A DNA stretch of 24,178 bases, taken from positions 1 to 24,178 of the IMG/VR virus record IMGVR_UViG_3300025392_000943; one strand, written 5' to 3'. This stretch comes from a virus. Its lineage: Duplodnaviria > Caudoviricetes. Below the pieces are notes generated by a model. It searched no databases, was not told where the DNA came from, and worked only from the letters and a program-made list of their open reading frames with translations. This document shows, piece by piece, positions 6,704 through 18,400 of this stretch (position 1 is the stretch's first letter; every line of letters starts with the position of its first letter). The translations under genes were made by a program, and so were the position numbers.

Positions 6704-8181
6704 AAAATTACACATTCTACAAGTCTAACAGTTTCGTCTCGATCTTCAATACTTGTTTCTAATGCTATTGCAAAAATATCTGGTGATCCTTGAGGAGCAG
6801 TTTGAGCAATACCGGCACCATATGGCATTAGTCTATCGCCTTTGTTGATAGGACCAATGCATTTAACTGGAACACGGCCTTTCAACGCTACATATACACC
6901 GCCTACTAAATCTCTATTCATCATAAATGCTGGATTTTCACTTATAACACCTATTGCTGGAGCACCTGTGCCACATGCGGTGACTTCTTTATCTCCACCT
7001 ACAGTCATAACAGTTCCAACATCATACTCTGAATCTGGTAGATATTTTTCTGCCAAGTCAGCATAGAAGCTTGTTGTACTTGCACCATTAAAAATACTTG
7101 CATTAACGTTACCTGCACCATCTCGAACAACTACTGTATTAGGACTTGTATTAGCACTTGGAGTAATTGTACTGCCGTTAAATACTAATCCTGTGGCACT
7201 TGTAGCATTACCGTTAAATGTAGTTGCCCAAACATTCAACCATTGATAATTTTGATTACCTAAATTGCTTGTTGCAGTAGTTCCCGGTAATACATCTGCA
7301 CCAACTAATTGCATTGGAGTTACTGTAGAACTAGCAACAGTTGTTTGGAATACGATTGTATTATTTGATTGATTTTGAATAGTAGGTGTACTACTATTAT
7401 TATTAAAGACACGCAAACGTGCAACAGGATTACCAACAGTATAGCCAACGTCCGCAAAATTAACTACAGTACTAAATGCCGCACTGCCAGCTTGAACAAA
7501 GTTACTAGCTGCCAAGCCGCCTAAACGATCTGAGTTTGTAGCAGTTCCCCAGAATCTGTGAGCACTTGTTGTAACACCCGGAGTACTATTATTATTTGTG
7601 TAACATAATGTTACACCTTGTTGTATCTGTGTAAAACCTGTAATTGGGTTTACTGCATTATCTAATGTGAATGCGCTATCAGGACTAATAATAAAAATAA
7701 CTTGTCCGTTATCAACTGCTTCAATAACTGTATGACTTGTGCCAAAATTGTCTTTTACGCTAGTACTTAACATTTCTGTTGTACTAGAACCAGCAACAGC
7801 TTGTGGCCCAATTAGTGTAAATTGAGTTCCACTCCATGCAAATAGCTGATTAGTAACAGTATCAAACCAAAAATCGCCAGTTGTTAATCCGCTTGGAGCA
7901 GTCGCACCAATTTCTGCGCCACCAGTTGTTCGGAATATACTACCATCGTAGAATTTTAACTTTTTTGCACCGCTGTCAAACCAAATTTGACCAGTTTGTG
8001 GGTTTGAAGGTGGAGTATTGTTGGCAAAGTTTTCAAGCAAATACACAAAATTTTCATTTTGAATTTGTCCGTAACCAGCGTAATTTTTACCTACTAGTTT
8101 GACATTTGTACTAGCGTCAACTGTGCCGTCGGCAACTGTTGCTAGTAGTGTTCCATTAAAGTGATTGATAGTATATGCCAT
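6700..8181 (-). CDS. Tail fibre/appendage-like protein with a C-terminal Peptidase_G2-like intramolecular chaperone domain, 493 aa
   Basis: Has the shared N-terminal module (LVGKNYAGYG...NFVYLLENFAN..P.NP.TGQIWFD). C-terminus YADLAEKY...VGTVM...IGVISENPAFMMN...VALKGRVPVK...INKGDRL resembles the autocleaving chaperone of phi29 gp12-type appendage proteins. Confidence 0.7.
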   Translation of the reverse strand: MAYTINHFNGTLLATVADGTVDASTNVKLVGKNYAGYGQIQNENFVYLLENFANNTPPSNPQTGQIWFDSGAKKLKFYDGSIFRTTGGAEIGATAPSGLTTGDFWFDTVTNQLFAWSGTQFTLIGPQAVAGSSTTEMLSTSVKDNFGTSHTVIEAVDNGQVIFIISPDSAFTLDNAVNPITGFTQIQQGVTLCYTNNNSTPGVTTSAHRFWGTATNSDRLGGLAASNFVQAGSAAFSTVVNFADVGYTVGNPVARLRVFNNNSSTPTIQNQSNNTIVFQTTVASSTVTPMQLVGADVLPGTTATSNLGNQNYQWLNVWATTFNGNATSATGLVFNGSTITPSANTSPNTVVVRDGAGNVNASIFNGASTTSFYADLAEKYLPDSEYDVGTVMTVGGDKEVTACGTGAPAIGVISENPAFMMNRDLVGGVYVALKGRVPVKCIGPINKGDRLMPYGAGIAQTAPQGSPDIFAIALETSIEDRDETVRLVECVIL

Positions 8182-8205
8182 CTCATCCTGTTCCTTATTC
8201 TTGAG

Positions 8206-8213
8206 TATTTATC
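8206..8213 (-). promoter_or_regulatory. Putative T4-like late promoter (GATAAATA)
   Basis: 7/8 match to the T4 late consensus TATAAATA, in the short intergenic gap about 25 nt upstream of ATG8181. The same octamer occurs at 12407-12414. Confidence 0.5.
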
Positions 8214-8229
8214 ATTATTTTAGCTCTTA

Positions 8230-9384
8230 TTACCACGTGGTCAGCGCCGTTCTTTTCCATGTATTCGTAGCTACGCACACATACATATACTGCGAATCCC
8301 ATGATATTTGCCCGGTTGTACCTGTACTAGAACTAGTTGCAGGAGTATAGGTAGATGTTACTTTTAATGCTGTTCCAGATATCGTTGACCCGGAAGTAAT
8401 CGCTCCTGTTGCTTGAATTGTAGTTTCTGCTACTATAGAAGTTGAACTGTGTACTGTACCAACTACATCTAAAGCATATTGCGGGTTGTTAGTAAAAATA
8501 CCAACAAATTTACTACTAGCGTTTACAAATACTGCTGGGCTAATACCTGTTTGACTTAATGTTGCTATTGAAAAGTTTTGGTTCGCAATATTTGATTTGA
8601 TTTGAAATAATGTAGAACTAATATCAATTTCGTTATTGGACAAAGTGCCAAGTACTAGTGGTGTCTGCGCTTGTATAGTCAACGATCCTGTGATTGTTTG
8701 ACTAGATGCAACTGTTTGAATAAAATTATCAGCAGTATGGGATACCCCTTGAGCATCTAATAATTTTTTTGCAGTAACTACTGGAACATTAAACTGTAAA
8801 CCAAGTAGATTTGACGCATTAAACCCAACAACGATATCTCCTGTAAAGCCAGAAATAGCTTCTCCTGGAGTAAACGCCGCATTACTAAAAATTCCTAATA
8901 ATGTTCCTGCGCAGTATAGATATACAATAGTATGATTTAACTTGTTACTATCTACTATGTCTTCTACTATAAAACCACTTTGACCTTGAGTTGATGTATA
9001 TAATGGGCCGCAAAGTATATTAGAAACACCATCATTAAAATATAGCTGACTTGTACCGCTATCAATCCATATATCACCGGTGGTTAAACTACTAGGAACT
9101 GTTGCACCTATTAAAGTTCCGCCGGTCACTTTGAATTGCACACCATCGTATACTTTTAATCTGTTTTGTGTAGTATCAAACCATAATTGTCCTATGATAG
9201 GGTTGTTAGGTTGACTAGTATTAGCAAAATTTTCTAAAATATGTACAAAGTTATCATTAAGAAAAACTCCATAACTTGTAGAATTTTTACCAATTAGGGT
9301 TAAATCAGTTGATGTTTGATCAATAGTACCATCAACAATTTCAGTTAATGTACTTCCGTTAGTTAGTTGTATTGAATAACTCAT
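8230..9384 (-). CDS. Tail fibre-like protein, 384 aa
   Basis: Same N-terminal module (LIGKNSTSYG...NFVHILENFAN..P.NP.IGQLWFD), a VGIFTNNPQYALDVVG fibre-type repeat, and a short tip GTTGQISWDSQYMYVCVATNTWKRTALTTW of a kind seen at phage fibre C-termini. Confidence 0.65.
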   Translation of the reverse strand: MSYSIQLTNGSTLTEIVDGTIDQTSTDLTLIGKNSTSYGVFLNDNFVHILENFANTSQPNNPIIGQLWFDTTQNRLKVYDGVQFKVTGGTLIGATVPSSLTTGDIWIDSGTSQLYFNDGVSNILCGPLYTSTQGQSGFIVEDIVDSNKLNHTIVYLYCAGTLLGIFSNAAFTPGEAISGFTGDIVVGFNASNLLGLQFNVPVVTAKKLLDAQGVSHTADNFIQTVASSQTITGSLTIQAQTPLVLGTLSNNEIDISSTLFQIKSNIANQNFSIATLSQTGISPAVFVNASSKFVGIFTNNPQYALDVVGTVHSSTSIVAETTIQATGAITSGSTISGTALKVTSTYTPATSSSTGTTGQISWDSQYMYVCVATNTWKRTALTTW

Positions 9385-11774
9385 TATATAACACCAGTAA
9401 AAATTATGTAATTGATAGTAGTGTACGGTTGCAAGACTGTGAAAGGTGTTGCAAGTGTTGGACTTATTACACTTCCACTATCAGATAAGCCGTAACCTTG
9501 TCCGCTTTGATTTTGAACAGTTAGACCTTTACCAGTAGATACACCACTATACGGATCAGTCGAAGGATTTGGGCCGCCAACTGCAAAATATTGTGCATTA
9601 CCATCATTAAGACTGTGTTTATGATCTGGTAAATTGCTTAAACCAAGAGTAACAGTTTGACTTCCACCAGATGCACCAATAGTATCAGCAGTTACGTCCG
9701 TAATACGGTTAGCAACACCGCCTCCTGCATTAATTTGAATATTAGAACCATCGGCTGCTGGAACAGTTAATCCGTTATTCATATTATCTGCACCAAGAGG
9801 TATACGACCTCTAAAGTCTGGAAGCGCAAATGTACTTAAACCAACTAATAAAATTGCGGCTTTATATGTATAACCAATAACTGCAAATAACTGTGGGTAA
9901 TCACTTATCTTAACTTCACTACCATCGCATAACAAATATCCTGTAGGTAAAGTAGTTTTACTTCCAGCAAACGGAAATAATGCTCCTACAGGAACTGTCG
10001 CAGTATGTTTAAATAGTGTCTGCTTAGACATCTTAACTAACTGACTACTTGATGCTTGATAAACTAATAATTGATCGTTTAAAGCAGAATCGGATACTTC
10101 ATTTTTACCGGTAATAATACCCTGGTTAATACTTGTGTTAAATGTAACTGTTCCGGTTGCTGTTTGACCATCAAATACTACTCCTGGACTTGTAACATCG
10201 CCCGTCAGCAAAAATGTAGTAGCTGATTGTAGTTTTGCGGCTGCGCCAGTAATGCTACCAGTTAGGCTTCCAGTAAATGTTCCGCTAAAATTTCCTTGGA
10301 ATGCTTGAGCGTACACATTTCTAAAAGGCCTTGTGCTAGTTCCAATGTCGTACAGATTGGCTGCACTATCAGTTCCTGGTTGAATAACACTTGCCGCAAC
10401 TGGATTACTACTAGCATCTAAATAATTTATATAAATTTGACCATATGTAGTAATATCATCACCGAATGATGATTTCTTAGCTACAGTTAATCCACCAGCA
10501 GTTTGGATACTGGCGCCACCTGGATCAAATGGGCTTATACTACTTGCTCCAACGTCCGATGTACCAGTTATAATTATTCTTCCTGGCACTGGAGAGGAAG
10601 GAACACTTCCAATATATAACAGAGTAACAGTTCCATTAGATGCAGATCCGCTGTTATGTATAGGTCCAGATGTACCAGATGTACCAGCTACTGTAACTTG
10701 ATAATAAAAATTATTATAAATGATATAAGTGTTTACAGAATATAGTGTATTAGCAGTCCAAGTTACTGCATGATTAGACGGATCATCTTTAACTGTAACA
10801 CCACCAATAACATCTAATGTACTTTGTGGGTTAGCATTATTAGCACCAATACCTAATTTTGCATCTGCACTAAGATGCATAGCAGTAATAACTGTTCCAG
10901 AATTATTAGTAGCAAATTCTACACTGTTTCCACTGTTTTTAGAATATAAAACAGTGGTAGTTCCAGTAATACCAATATTAAAACCTAAACTGGCACCTAA
11001 AGTAATACCACCATCATTGCGAACGTTAACAGGATAGTTAGCAATAGTTGTAGTGTCTCCACGTAAAAAGTTTGCCGCGGCTACTGTAGTTGTACCTACT
11101 AACAATGCATCTGCTTGTTGGGCAGTGCCCCACATACGAGATAAACTAGTTGTACTAGTAGAATTTACACTACTTAGATTAAATCCTTCATTAATTGTTT
11201 GGAATCCAGTTACAGCGGCTTTGGGTGTAAACGTGTCTTTACTAATAATTCCAATTCTATAACTTTCAGTAGTACTACTACTGCTACTTGCATAGAATGT
11301 TACCACATTATGAGAAACGTTTGCTGTATCTACAATAGTTTCAATGATAGGACCTGTTTGTAGTCCTGCACTAAATTGTGGACCTACTAAAATCCAAGCA
11401 CTTCCTGAATACAAGTATAATTGACTTGTGTTTGTATTAACCCACAGGTCTCCGGATGTTGCGGCTGCTGGAGCCGACCCAGATTTTTTTAAACTTCCTG
11501 CTGGGTTCCAAGAAGATCCATCATATACTTTTAATAAATTTACACTAGCGGCTGTATCAAACCATAGTTGTCCTTGGACTGGATTAATAGGTGCTGTATC
11601 ATTTGCAAAATTTTCTAGTAAATGTAAAAAATCATTTGCTATAACTGGTGCATAACCAGCATAATTTTTTCCAACAAACTGTAAACTAGTAGTATTGTCA
11701 ATGGTTCCATCGGCAACTGTAATAGGAGGTTTGTCTGGATTATTAGTTTGAGTAAATGTTACTTGATAAGACAT
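9384..11774 (-). CDS. Tail fibre protein with phage tail-collar domain, 796 aa
   Basis: Same N-terminal module. Tail-collar motif VPVGALFPFAG...PTGYLLCDGSEV...YPQLFAVIGYTY...FALPDFRGRIPLG (about 9995-9791), then LPDHKH and terminal LQPYTTINYII, as in short-tail-fibre (T4 gp12-like) tips. Confidence 0.82.
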   Translation of the reverse strand: MSYQVTFTQTNNPDKPPITVADGTIDNTTSLQFVGKNYAGYAPVIANDFLHLLENFANDTAPINPVQGQLWFDTAASVNLLKVYDGSSWNPAGSLKKSGSAPAAATSGDLWVNTNTSQLYLYSGSAWILVGPQFSAGLQTGPIIETIVDTANVSHNVVTFYASSSSSTTESYRIGIISKDTFTPKAAVTGFQTINEGFNLSSVNSTSTTSLSRMWGTAQQADALLVGTTTVAAANFLRGDTTTIANYPVNVRNDGGITLGASLGFNIGITGTTTVLYSKNSGNSVEFATNNSGTVITAMHLSADAKLGIGANNANPQSTLDVIGGVTVKDDPSNHAVTWTANTLYSVNTYIIYNNFYYQVTVAGTSGTSGPIHNSGSASNGTVTLLYIGSVPSSPVPGRIIITGTSDVGASSISPFDPGGASIQTAGGLTVAKKSSFGDDITTYGQIYINYLDASSNPVAASVIQPGTDSAANLYDIGTSTRPFRNVYAQAFQGNFSGTFTGSLTGSITGAAAKLQSATTFLLTGDVTSPGVVFDGQTATGTVTFNTSINQGIITGKNEVSDSALNDQLLVYQASSSQLVKMSKQTLFKHTATVPVGALFPFAGSKTTLPTGYLLCDGSEVKISDYPQLFAVIGYTYKAAILLVGLSTFALPDFRGRIPLGADNMNNGLTVPAADGSNIQINAGGGVANRITDVTADTIGASGGSQTVTLGLSNLPDHKHSLNDGNAQYFAVGGPNPSTDPYSGVSTGKGLTVQNQSGQGYGLSDSGSVISPTLATPFTVLQPYTTINYIIFTGVI

Positions 11775-11777
11775 CTA

Positions 11778-12386
11778 TTATACTCCCACTAGTCCGGTTA
11801 AACTCTGAATACGTACAGTGTAATCAATTTGTATTAAACGATTTAAACTTTTTAGTACTGGATGAAAAATTACGTGAGTCAGTAATAAATTATTTCCGCT
11901 TGAATCATAACTTTGTAATCCCAATTCGTCAAATACAAAATCGCTTCCATTGGTGGAAACTGTATCAAACGCACTTTGTGAGTTAGGTTCACCGTAGTCT
12001 AATAAACAAGTTACAAATAAATCGGTATAATTAGTGCCAGTAACGTGTCTAGTTTCAATAAAATTTCTACTAGGATCTGTATTATTACTAGAATTCTGAT
12101 TAACTACTTTAGCATAAGTTTTATTGTACAAACTAGCATTTGTTCCGCTTGTATTTGGTGTCAAATATGTAATAATTCCGGTTGGGTCAATACTAGTTCC
12201 GCCGTTTCCAAACGCCATTTGATATACAAATCCTTTACCGCTATCCGCTAAACTTTCTGCTAGAGCTATGCTAATGTTTTCATAATGAATTGCATTACGT
12301 TTATTAATGTAAATTTCGTTAGAAACTGGGTCATAAATTTTAATATGACCTTCAATATGAATTCCTGTTGCGTCTTTAGTCTGCAT
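11778..12386 (-). CDS. Putative baseplate/tail structural protein, 202 aa
   Basis: Lies between the giant virion gene and the fibre genes. Motifs MAFGNGGT, FVFDELGL and LLTHVIFHPVLKS..RLIQIDYTVRI resemble baseplate/fibre-attachment proteins. Function is inferred. Confidence 0.55.
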   Translation of the reverse strand: MQTKDATGIHIEGHIKIYDPVSNEIYINKRNAIHYENISIALAESLADSGKGFVYQMAFGNGGTSIDPTGIITYLTPNTSGTNASLYNKTYAKVVNQNSSNNTDPSRNFIETRHVTGTNYTDLFVTCLLDYGEPNSQSAFDTVSTNGSDFVFDELGLQSYDSSGNNLLLTHVIFHPVLKSLNRLIQIDYTVRIQSLTGLVGV

Positions 12387-12406
12387 ATCAATCTCTCTTT
12401 ATCTTA

Positions 12407-12414
12407 TATTTATC
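12407..12414 (-). promoter_or_regulatory. Putative T4-like late promoter (GATAAATA)
   Basis: Intergenic, 20 nt upstream of ATG12386, identical to the octamer at 8206-8213. Confidence 0.5.
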
Positions 12415-12446
12415 CAGTATCATTATCTGCTAGTTTAATAATTTTG

Positions 12447-15400
12447 TTACTTGTACTCGCTATACCAAATACCAGGAGCAGATCTAATGAAATCGCTAAT
12501 CTTTCCGGTATCATAGAGAATATTTGTAGTATTATCCCATGCAGTTCCTGTATTTTTAACTACAGTAACATTTGTTCCAAAACTTAGCAAATTAGTCAAT
12601 GTAATTTGAGGAGTAGTACCATCAACAGTAAAATCTGGTTTAAATGCAACATCGCCTTCTGGACTTGATGGCGCATTATTAATATTAAACACACTATACC
12701 CTACTTTCTTTAATCTTCGATTGCCAATAAAGAATTGCCAAACACTAGAAGAAAGTACGTTAATTGCTGTTGCAGTTGTAGTTCCATCTGCATTTATAGT
12801 TACTGTAGTCACAGGACTATGGAAAGTGCTGCCGCTTGAATGACTAATTAAACATCTATAAGTGTATACACCAATATTAACTATTGATCCAACTGCGTAA
12901 ACTGCGCCAGGTTCCCATTGTGCTCCGTCGTTGTAACCACCAACAAACACTTCTATTTCATTCACTGAAGCTGGAGTAAAATCTAAATTAATTGTAGCGG
13001 TACCATCACTAATAAATTGTTGAACAATTTGAGTATCTTGATAAGGAATAGTTTCACTTCCTCCAATATCTTGTACATTGGTCCCTGCAACTACTAATGT
13101 ATTGACTCCAGTTCCTAGCGTTCCTCTACGTAATAGGCTTAGTGTGTTTCCAACTAGAGAGAAATATTCAATACGTTCTCCGCGAATTTCAACAACACCC
13201 GGTTTATTCTTGCTAGGATTTGGTAAATCAAATGCAGATGCATTTGTTAAAACAATATTAATGTCATTCCAATGCAAGTCTTGTGCAAGAGTTGTTTGTT
13301 TTAGTTGACTTAAACGTTTATAGCTAACACGGTTAAGCATATCTTTAAATTGCATATAAGCAATGCCAGATTTCAACACATTGCTACCGAATGTAATTAA
13401 TGTAATTTGATCTGTACTAATACAATTCTGAGCTAGTGTAATACTTTGATAATCTTCATTCAATTTATAATCAACGACTGGAACTAGTAGTGTATTATTT
13501 TTAATTACCCATACATAGTAGTCACTAAGTACTGGTCTGTCTAAAATTACTACGCCTCCAAGAATATTTTCATAGTAGAAATATTCAGCAGAATTTGCTA
13601 CCAACGATGCAGTACTTGATGCAGATACTGTAGTTCTTTGTATATCTAAAAATTCGTGTTGATAAGAAGTAATAACTTGAACTACATGAGTATTATCGTA
13701 TGCTTGACTAAACGTAATTTGATTATTTAAAGGATTAAATGTATATCCTTCTCCTGTAATAATACTTACTACTAACTCTTGACCTTTGTATGTATTATAG
13801 GTATTTTTATTAATTTTAATTGTAACACCACCAAGGTCAACAATATAATCTTTTCCTAATGTTAAAATATTATTACCTACATATACATTTATTGTAGTAA
13901 TATCAACACTATAAGGAACAAATTTTGTAGGATCAATATTGTAATTTAATCTGTTGCTACCGATAGTAAAATAACTGTTATTAGGACCCGATAAAATATT
14001 TTGATCTACACGAACAATCATGTTTGATTCGTTTGGTAACGAGTTTCCAACAGTATTACTTAGAGTATAAGTTGCTGATCCATTAGTTAATACTGTTTCA
14101 ACATTAGTAATAGCATAAGTAGGAGAAGAACCTGCAACAATTATAAAATTAACAAGATCTCCAACTTTAGGAGCTGTGCCAAATCTAAATCCAATAGCGT
14201 TTGAATAAGAATATGTACTGTCTGTTTTGAATAGTTGCGGGCTAGCAACTGCACCATTGACATATACTAGCGAAGTTACTGGAGATGTCCAAGTTGCATT
14301 AGTAACAAATTCTTTTGTAGACCCATCGCCAATAAAATGATCGATATCAATAATATTGGCACCGCTAATTCCAATACTGAATAGGCTGACTTCTGAATTA
14401 AGGGTAGGCGCAGTATGGAATACAACATTGCTGTTATTAAAATCAATATCGTAATCTGTAGTAATTGTTTTTATTAAGTTATTTACTTTTACAATTATTG
14501 CACCTGGACCATTAGCCTGCTGAGTTACTTTAAATGTAGTATTAGTTCCATTGCCAACATAGTTGTCTACTTTTATCATTGCTGACCCAGAAGTAGGTTT
14601 ATCAAAAACTTTAATTGCAAGTGTATCAACAAGTTGTCCTGGAACTACTTCTTCTGGGGCAACATTTGTTATTGGAGTGACAAATCCATCTCCATCAACA
14701 ATAATATCATCTGCCGCTAGACCGGTTGCCGTAGCAAAAATTCCAGTCAGTGTGCTAGTATCACCACCGTCTAAAGCTGTGTCATAGTCTTTGTCTTGTG
14801 GAGCTATAGAACCGTCACTAGTTGTTTGTCTAATAATAAATTCGTCACCGTTTGAAACAATAAACACATTGGCCGATGCGTTTGCACCTTCGTCTACTTT
14901 ATCAAGTACTCCATAAACAGTACCAGCAGAACCGCCGTCGTCTACTTCAATATCAATAGTTGAATTTGCTTGTCCTCCATCAATTAATGTATAAGGTTGT
15001 GGAATTGTAAATGTTTTAGTTACAACACCTGCGCCGTCAGCAACGCCATCGGATAAGAAAGTATTAACGATTGCGGTTGGGTTTATTGAAGGCGTTAATG
15101 CCGATTCATTTGAAAGGATTGTATTTGCAACGGTTTGTAATCCAGCAGACACATTAGTTAATGTAGGATTAACTATTGTAGCATTTGGATAGAATGAATT
15201 ACTAATAAGTGTTTTTACGGTTGAAATATTACTACTAATAGATGTACTTGCAACCACCCCGTTAGCTAAATTAGCATCGGTATACTGGAAGAAATGTGTT
15301 TGTAATCTTGTAAATGGTGTATTCGTAATAATATTCTGAGCCATTGTATTCAAATAATCAAATATACCAGCCCAGTAAGTCGATGGTTGAATAAATGGAA

Positions 15401-18400
15401 TACTATTATTATAAATCCAATATTGTGTTGCAGAATATACAGATTCTCTGTTACCGCCATAAGTTAAATCATAGCATAATCCTAAAACAATGTATTGTAT
15501 TCTTGTTTGGAAATCTGTAAGGTTAACCGTTATACTTGGATAGTTATTGGCAAGATACTGTACTAGTTCTGCTTGAATAAATGGAATATTGTCATTTAAT
15601 AAAGTAGACGCACTATATAATCCGTAACCTGGAGAGATGAAAGTATAATTTCCAGATTCAACTTGTAATTGGATACTTTGATTAATTTGCGCCGCAACTA
15701 GACCATGTTGTATTACTACATTAGTGACAGATGCAAATCCTGTTATTCCTAATCCAGATACTGCCCAACCAGTTGTCACAGGAGTGGCGCCAATTGTTGC
15801 AACTGGTATGTAAACATAAGGTCCAATATGTGATCCGTCACTAGGAATATTAATATTTGGAACATTATATACAATGCGTGATGGTGTTCCATATGGCAAT
15901 GTAAAGATTGGCTGTGGAACAATGCCACCGCTTACAATAGATTTAATAATCGTTGCATTAGTATTGATTTCTAAAACTGCCGCAGTATTACTTGCTACAT
16001 TTGTTAAACCTGTAATATTAGAAATTAATTCAGTAATTGAATAATTTGTTTCACTTACTTTATATCCATAGGTTGTAATATGTTGTTTAATTGCTAAACC
16101 TGCCTGAATACTTTGATAGTTAGAAGTGAATGCCGCATCATATGCAGATGCTTCTATTAACTGTGCAAAGTAGGGTGCAATATTATAATTTGGATCGTCT
16201 AATCTAACTGGATTTAATGAACCAATAATATTAATCGTAGATCCTGATATAATTCCGCTATTTGATAAATTAGTCAATGTTGCTAATCCAGTTCCAGTTA
16301 TAACTACATCAGTAGGCTGAACTAATTTACGAGTAAATGTTATATAAGTAGATTCTGGTATATCATAATACAATATAGTACTCAATGTTATAGTTGTTCC
16401 AGAAATTGATTTTACAGTTGTGCTTGATGCAAATAATTTAAGACTAGCATCGGCAGTAGATAATGTATCTCCAACTCTTACACCTGCTACACTAGCTACG
16501 CTAAGTGTTTTGCTACCGGCAACATTGAATGAAAATACTAATGTTCCACTTGGTATACTATCCGGTGGAGCACTTAATGAAATCGTAGTCGAATTAGTAA
16601 CTGATACTACTGTTTGTCCAGACACAAATCCTGTACCTGATACAGTCATTCCTGAAACAATATTCGATGTACTGGATACTACTAAAATTGTTCCAAACAC
16701 TCCAGACGGAGTATTGATAGATGTAAATGTAGCATGTATTCCTTGTGTTTGTGTAGTATTTGTTACTGTAGCATAAGGATTATAATCTTGTATATTGTAT
16801 TGGTATTGTGTTGTAACACCATCTGATACATAAGAATCTACACTAGTAGATAACTTATAAATGTTTAGTTGTACTCCAGAAGATGGAGTGTATGGTAATG
16901 TAAATGCATGAGTATTTGCATCTACAACTACGCTGTAATCAGTGTAATTAGAATCATATGTGTCCCATTTGTCAGAATAGAATGGTACACTATCCCATCC
17001 TTGAGAAACTTCAAATCCTAAACCATTAACAATAACACCGCCGTAATCAATACCAGTCATTAGCTGTGCTAAATCTTTTCCTAATTCTCCACTAGTTGGA
17101 TTATAGTAATATTGAATTCTATCAGTTGCACTTAATAAAGATTCGTCAATAACATAAGTGACTACTATTATAGCACCTTTAATAGGTGCAGTTGTGAATG
17201 TTATTGTTCCAGAATAAGTTGTATATCCTTTAGATTTACTTGAAATAATATTTAATGTATAAGTATCTCTCAATGCAAGGATGCCATTAATAGTAACTGT
17301 GCTTTTTCCAATTCTGTTATCTGGGCCCCATATTAATGGAAATTGTAATCTAGATCCTGTTCCGGTAAATGTTTCAATTTTTTCTAATTGTGTTATGTAA
17401 TATTTTTGGTCAACTCTATCAAATTTAATTCCGATATAATTAGATCTAACAACGCCTTTTCCAATAATAGCTACGACCTGTGCCGGTGTGCCGGTAGGCA
17501 ATGTTCCGCCGTTAATTGTAACAGTTGGTGCTGACAAATAGCCAGACCCAGGAGTTAATAATACAATTCTGTTAACTTTTTCATTGCTAATAAAAGCTCT
17601 AGCGGTTGCGCCAGATCCACTGTTTCCTGAAATAATAACTTGAGGTTCTGTAACATAACCGCTACCACCGTCAATTAATTTTAATTCAGTAATAATAAAT
17701 CCAACATTATCTGTCCAGAATTTCCAAGGATAAGTTTCAATAGCTGGATCTTGAGCAAGAATTTGTCCATCTTGTAAATGTACTTCTATCAAGGTCATCT
17801 TATTACCTTCATAGATTGGTTGCATATCAAAGTCAGTAATAGGAAGTTGTGCAGGGTCTATACTATCATAGTTACTAATATATTCTCTAACTTTGGTTTT
17901 ATAAGGTTTAACTTCATTTACATAATCTTCAAAATTTGCTAAATTATCTGGTTTATAAGTAACTGGTTGATCTAGACTTCCGATATTGTGCTGTGCTCTT
18001 ACAAAACTAGTTTTAAATATCCAATCAATATAAGGCTGTTCACTGTGAATGTAATGAATACTTCCGAAGAATAGATCTAAATAGGAACCGTTTAATTCTC
18101 CTACAAAAATATCATTCTTTAGACTAGTTAAAATTATTCTTAATTCTGTTGCCGCAACTAAGTCATAAGAATCTGAATCATAAATGTTGTTATCGAAACC
18201 TTGTGTAGTTCCAGATGTATTATATAAAGAAGAACTTAATTTTATAGTTCCTTTTTCTATTCCTACAACTTTATAACTTTGTGTCCAGTCGACACTGGTA
18301 GAATTAGCATACTTGTACAATAAAGTCCAACCGCCTGAATTACTAATTCTAACTTTAACTGTTTCTCCCACTACAGGTTCTATAGAATTCAAATCTGACA

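Noticed and set aside
6700-8181. About a dozen N-x-S/T sequons in the 493-aa fibre as evidence of N-glycosylation
   Set aside because: The protein is very rich in Asn, Ser and Thr, so this number is plausible by chance. It needs a shuffle test before it can count as support.
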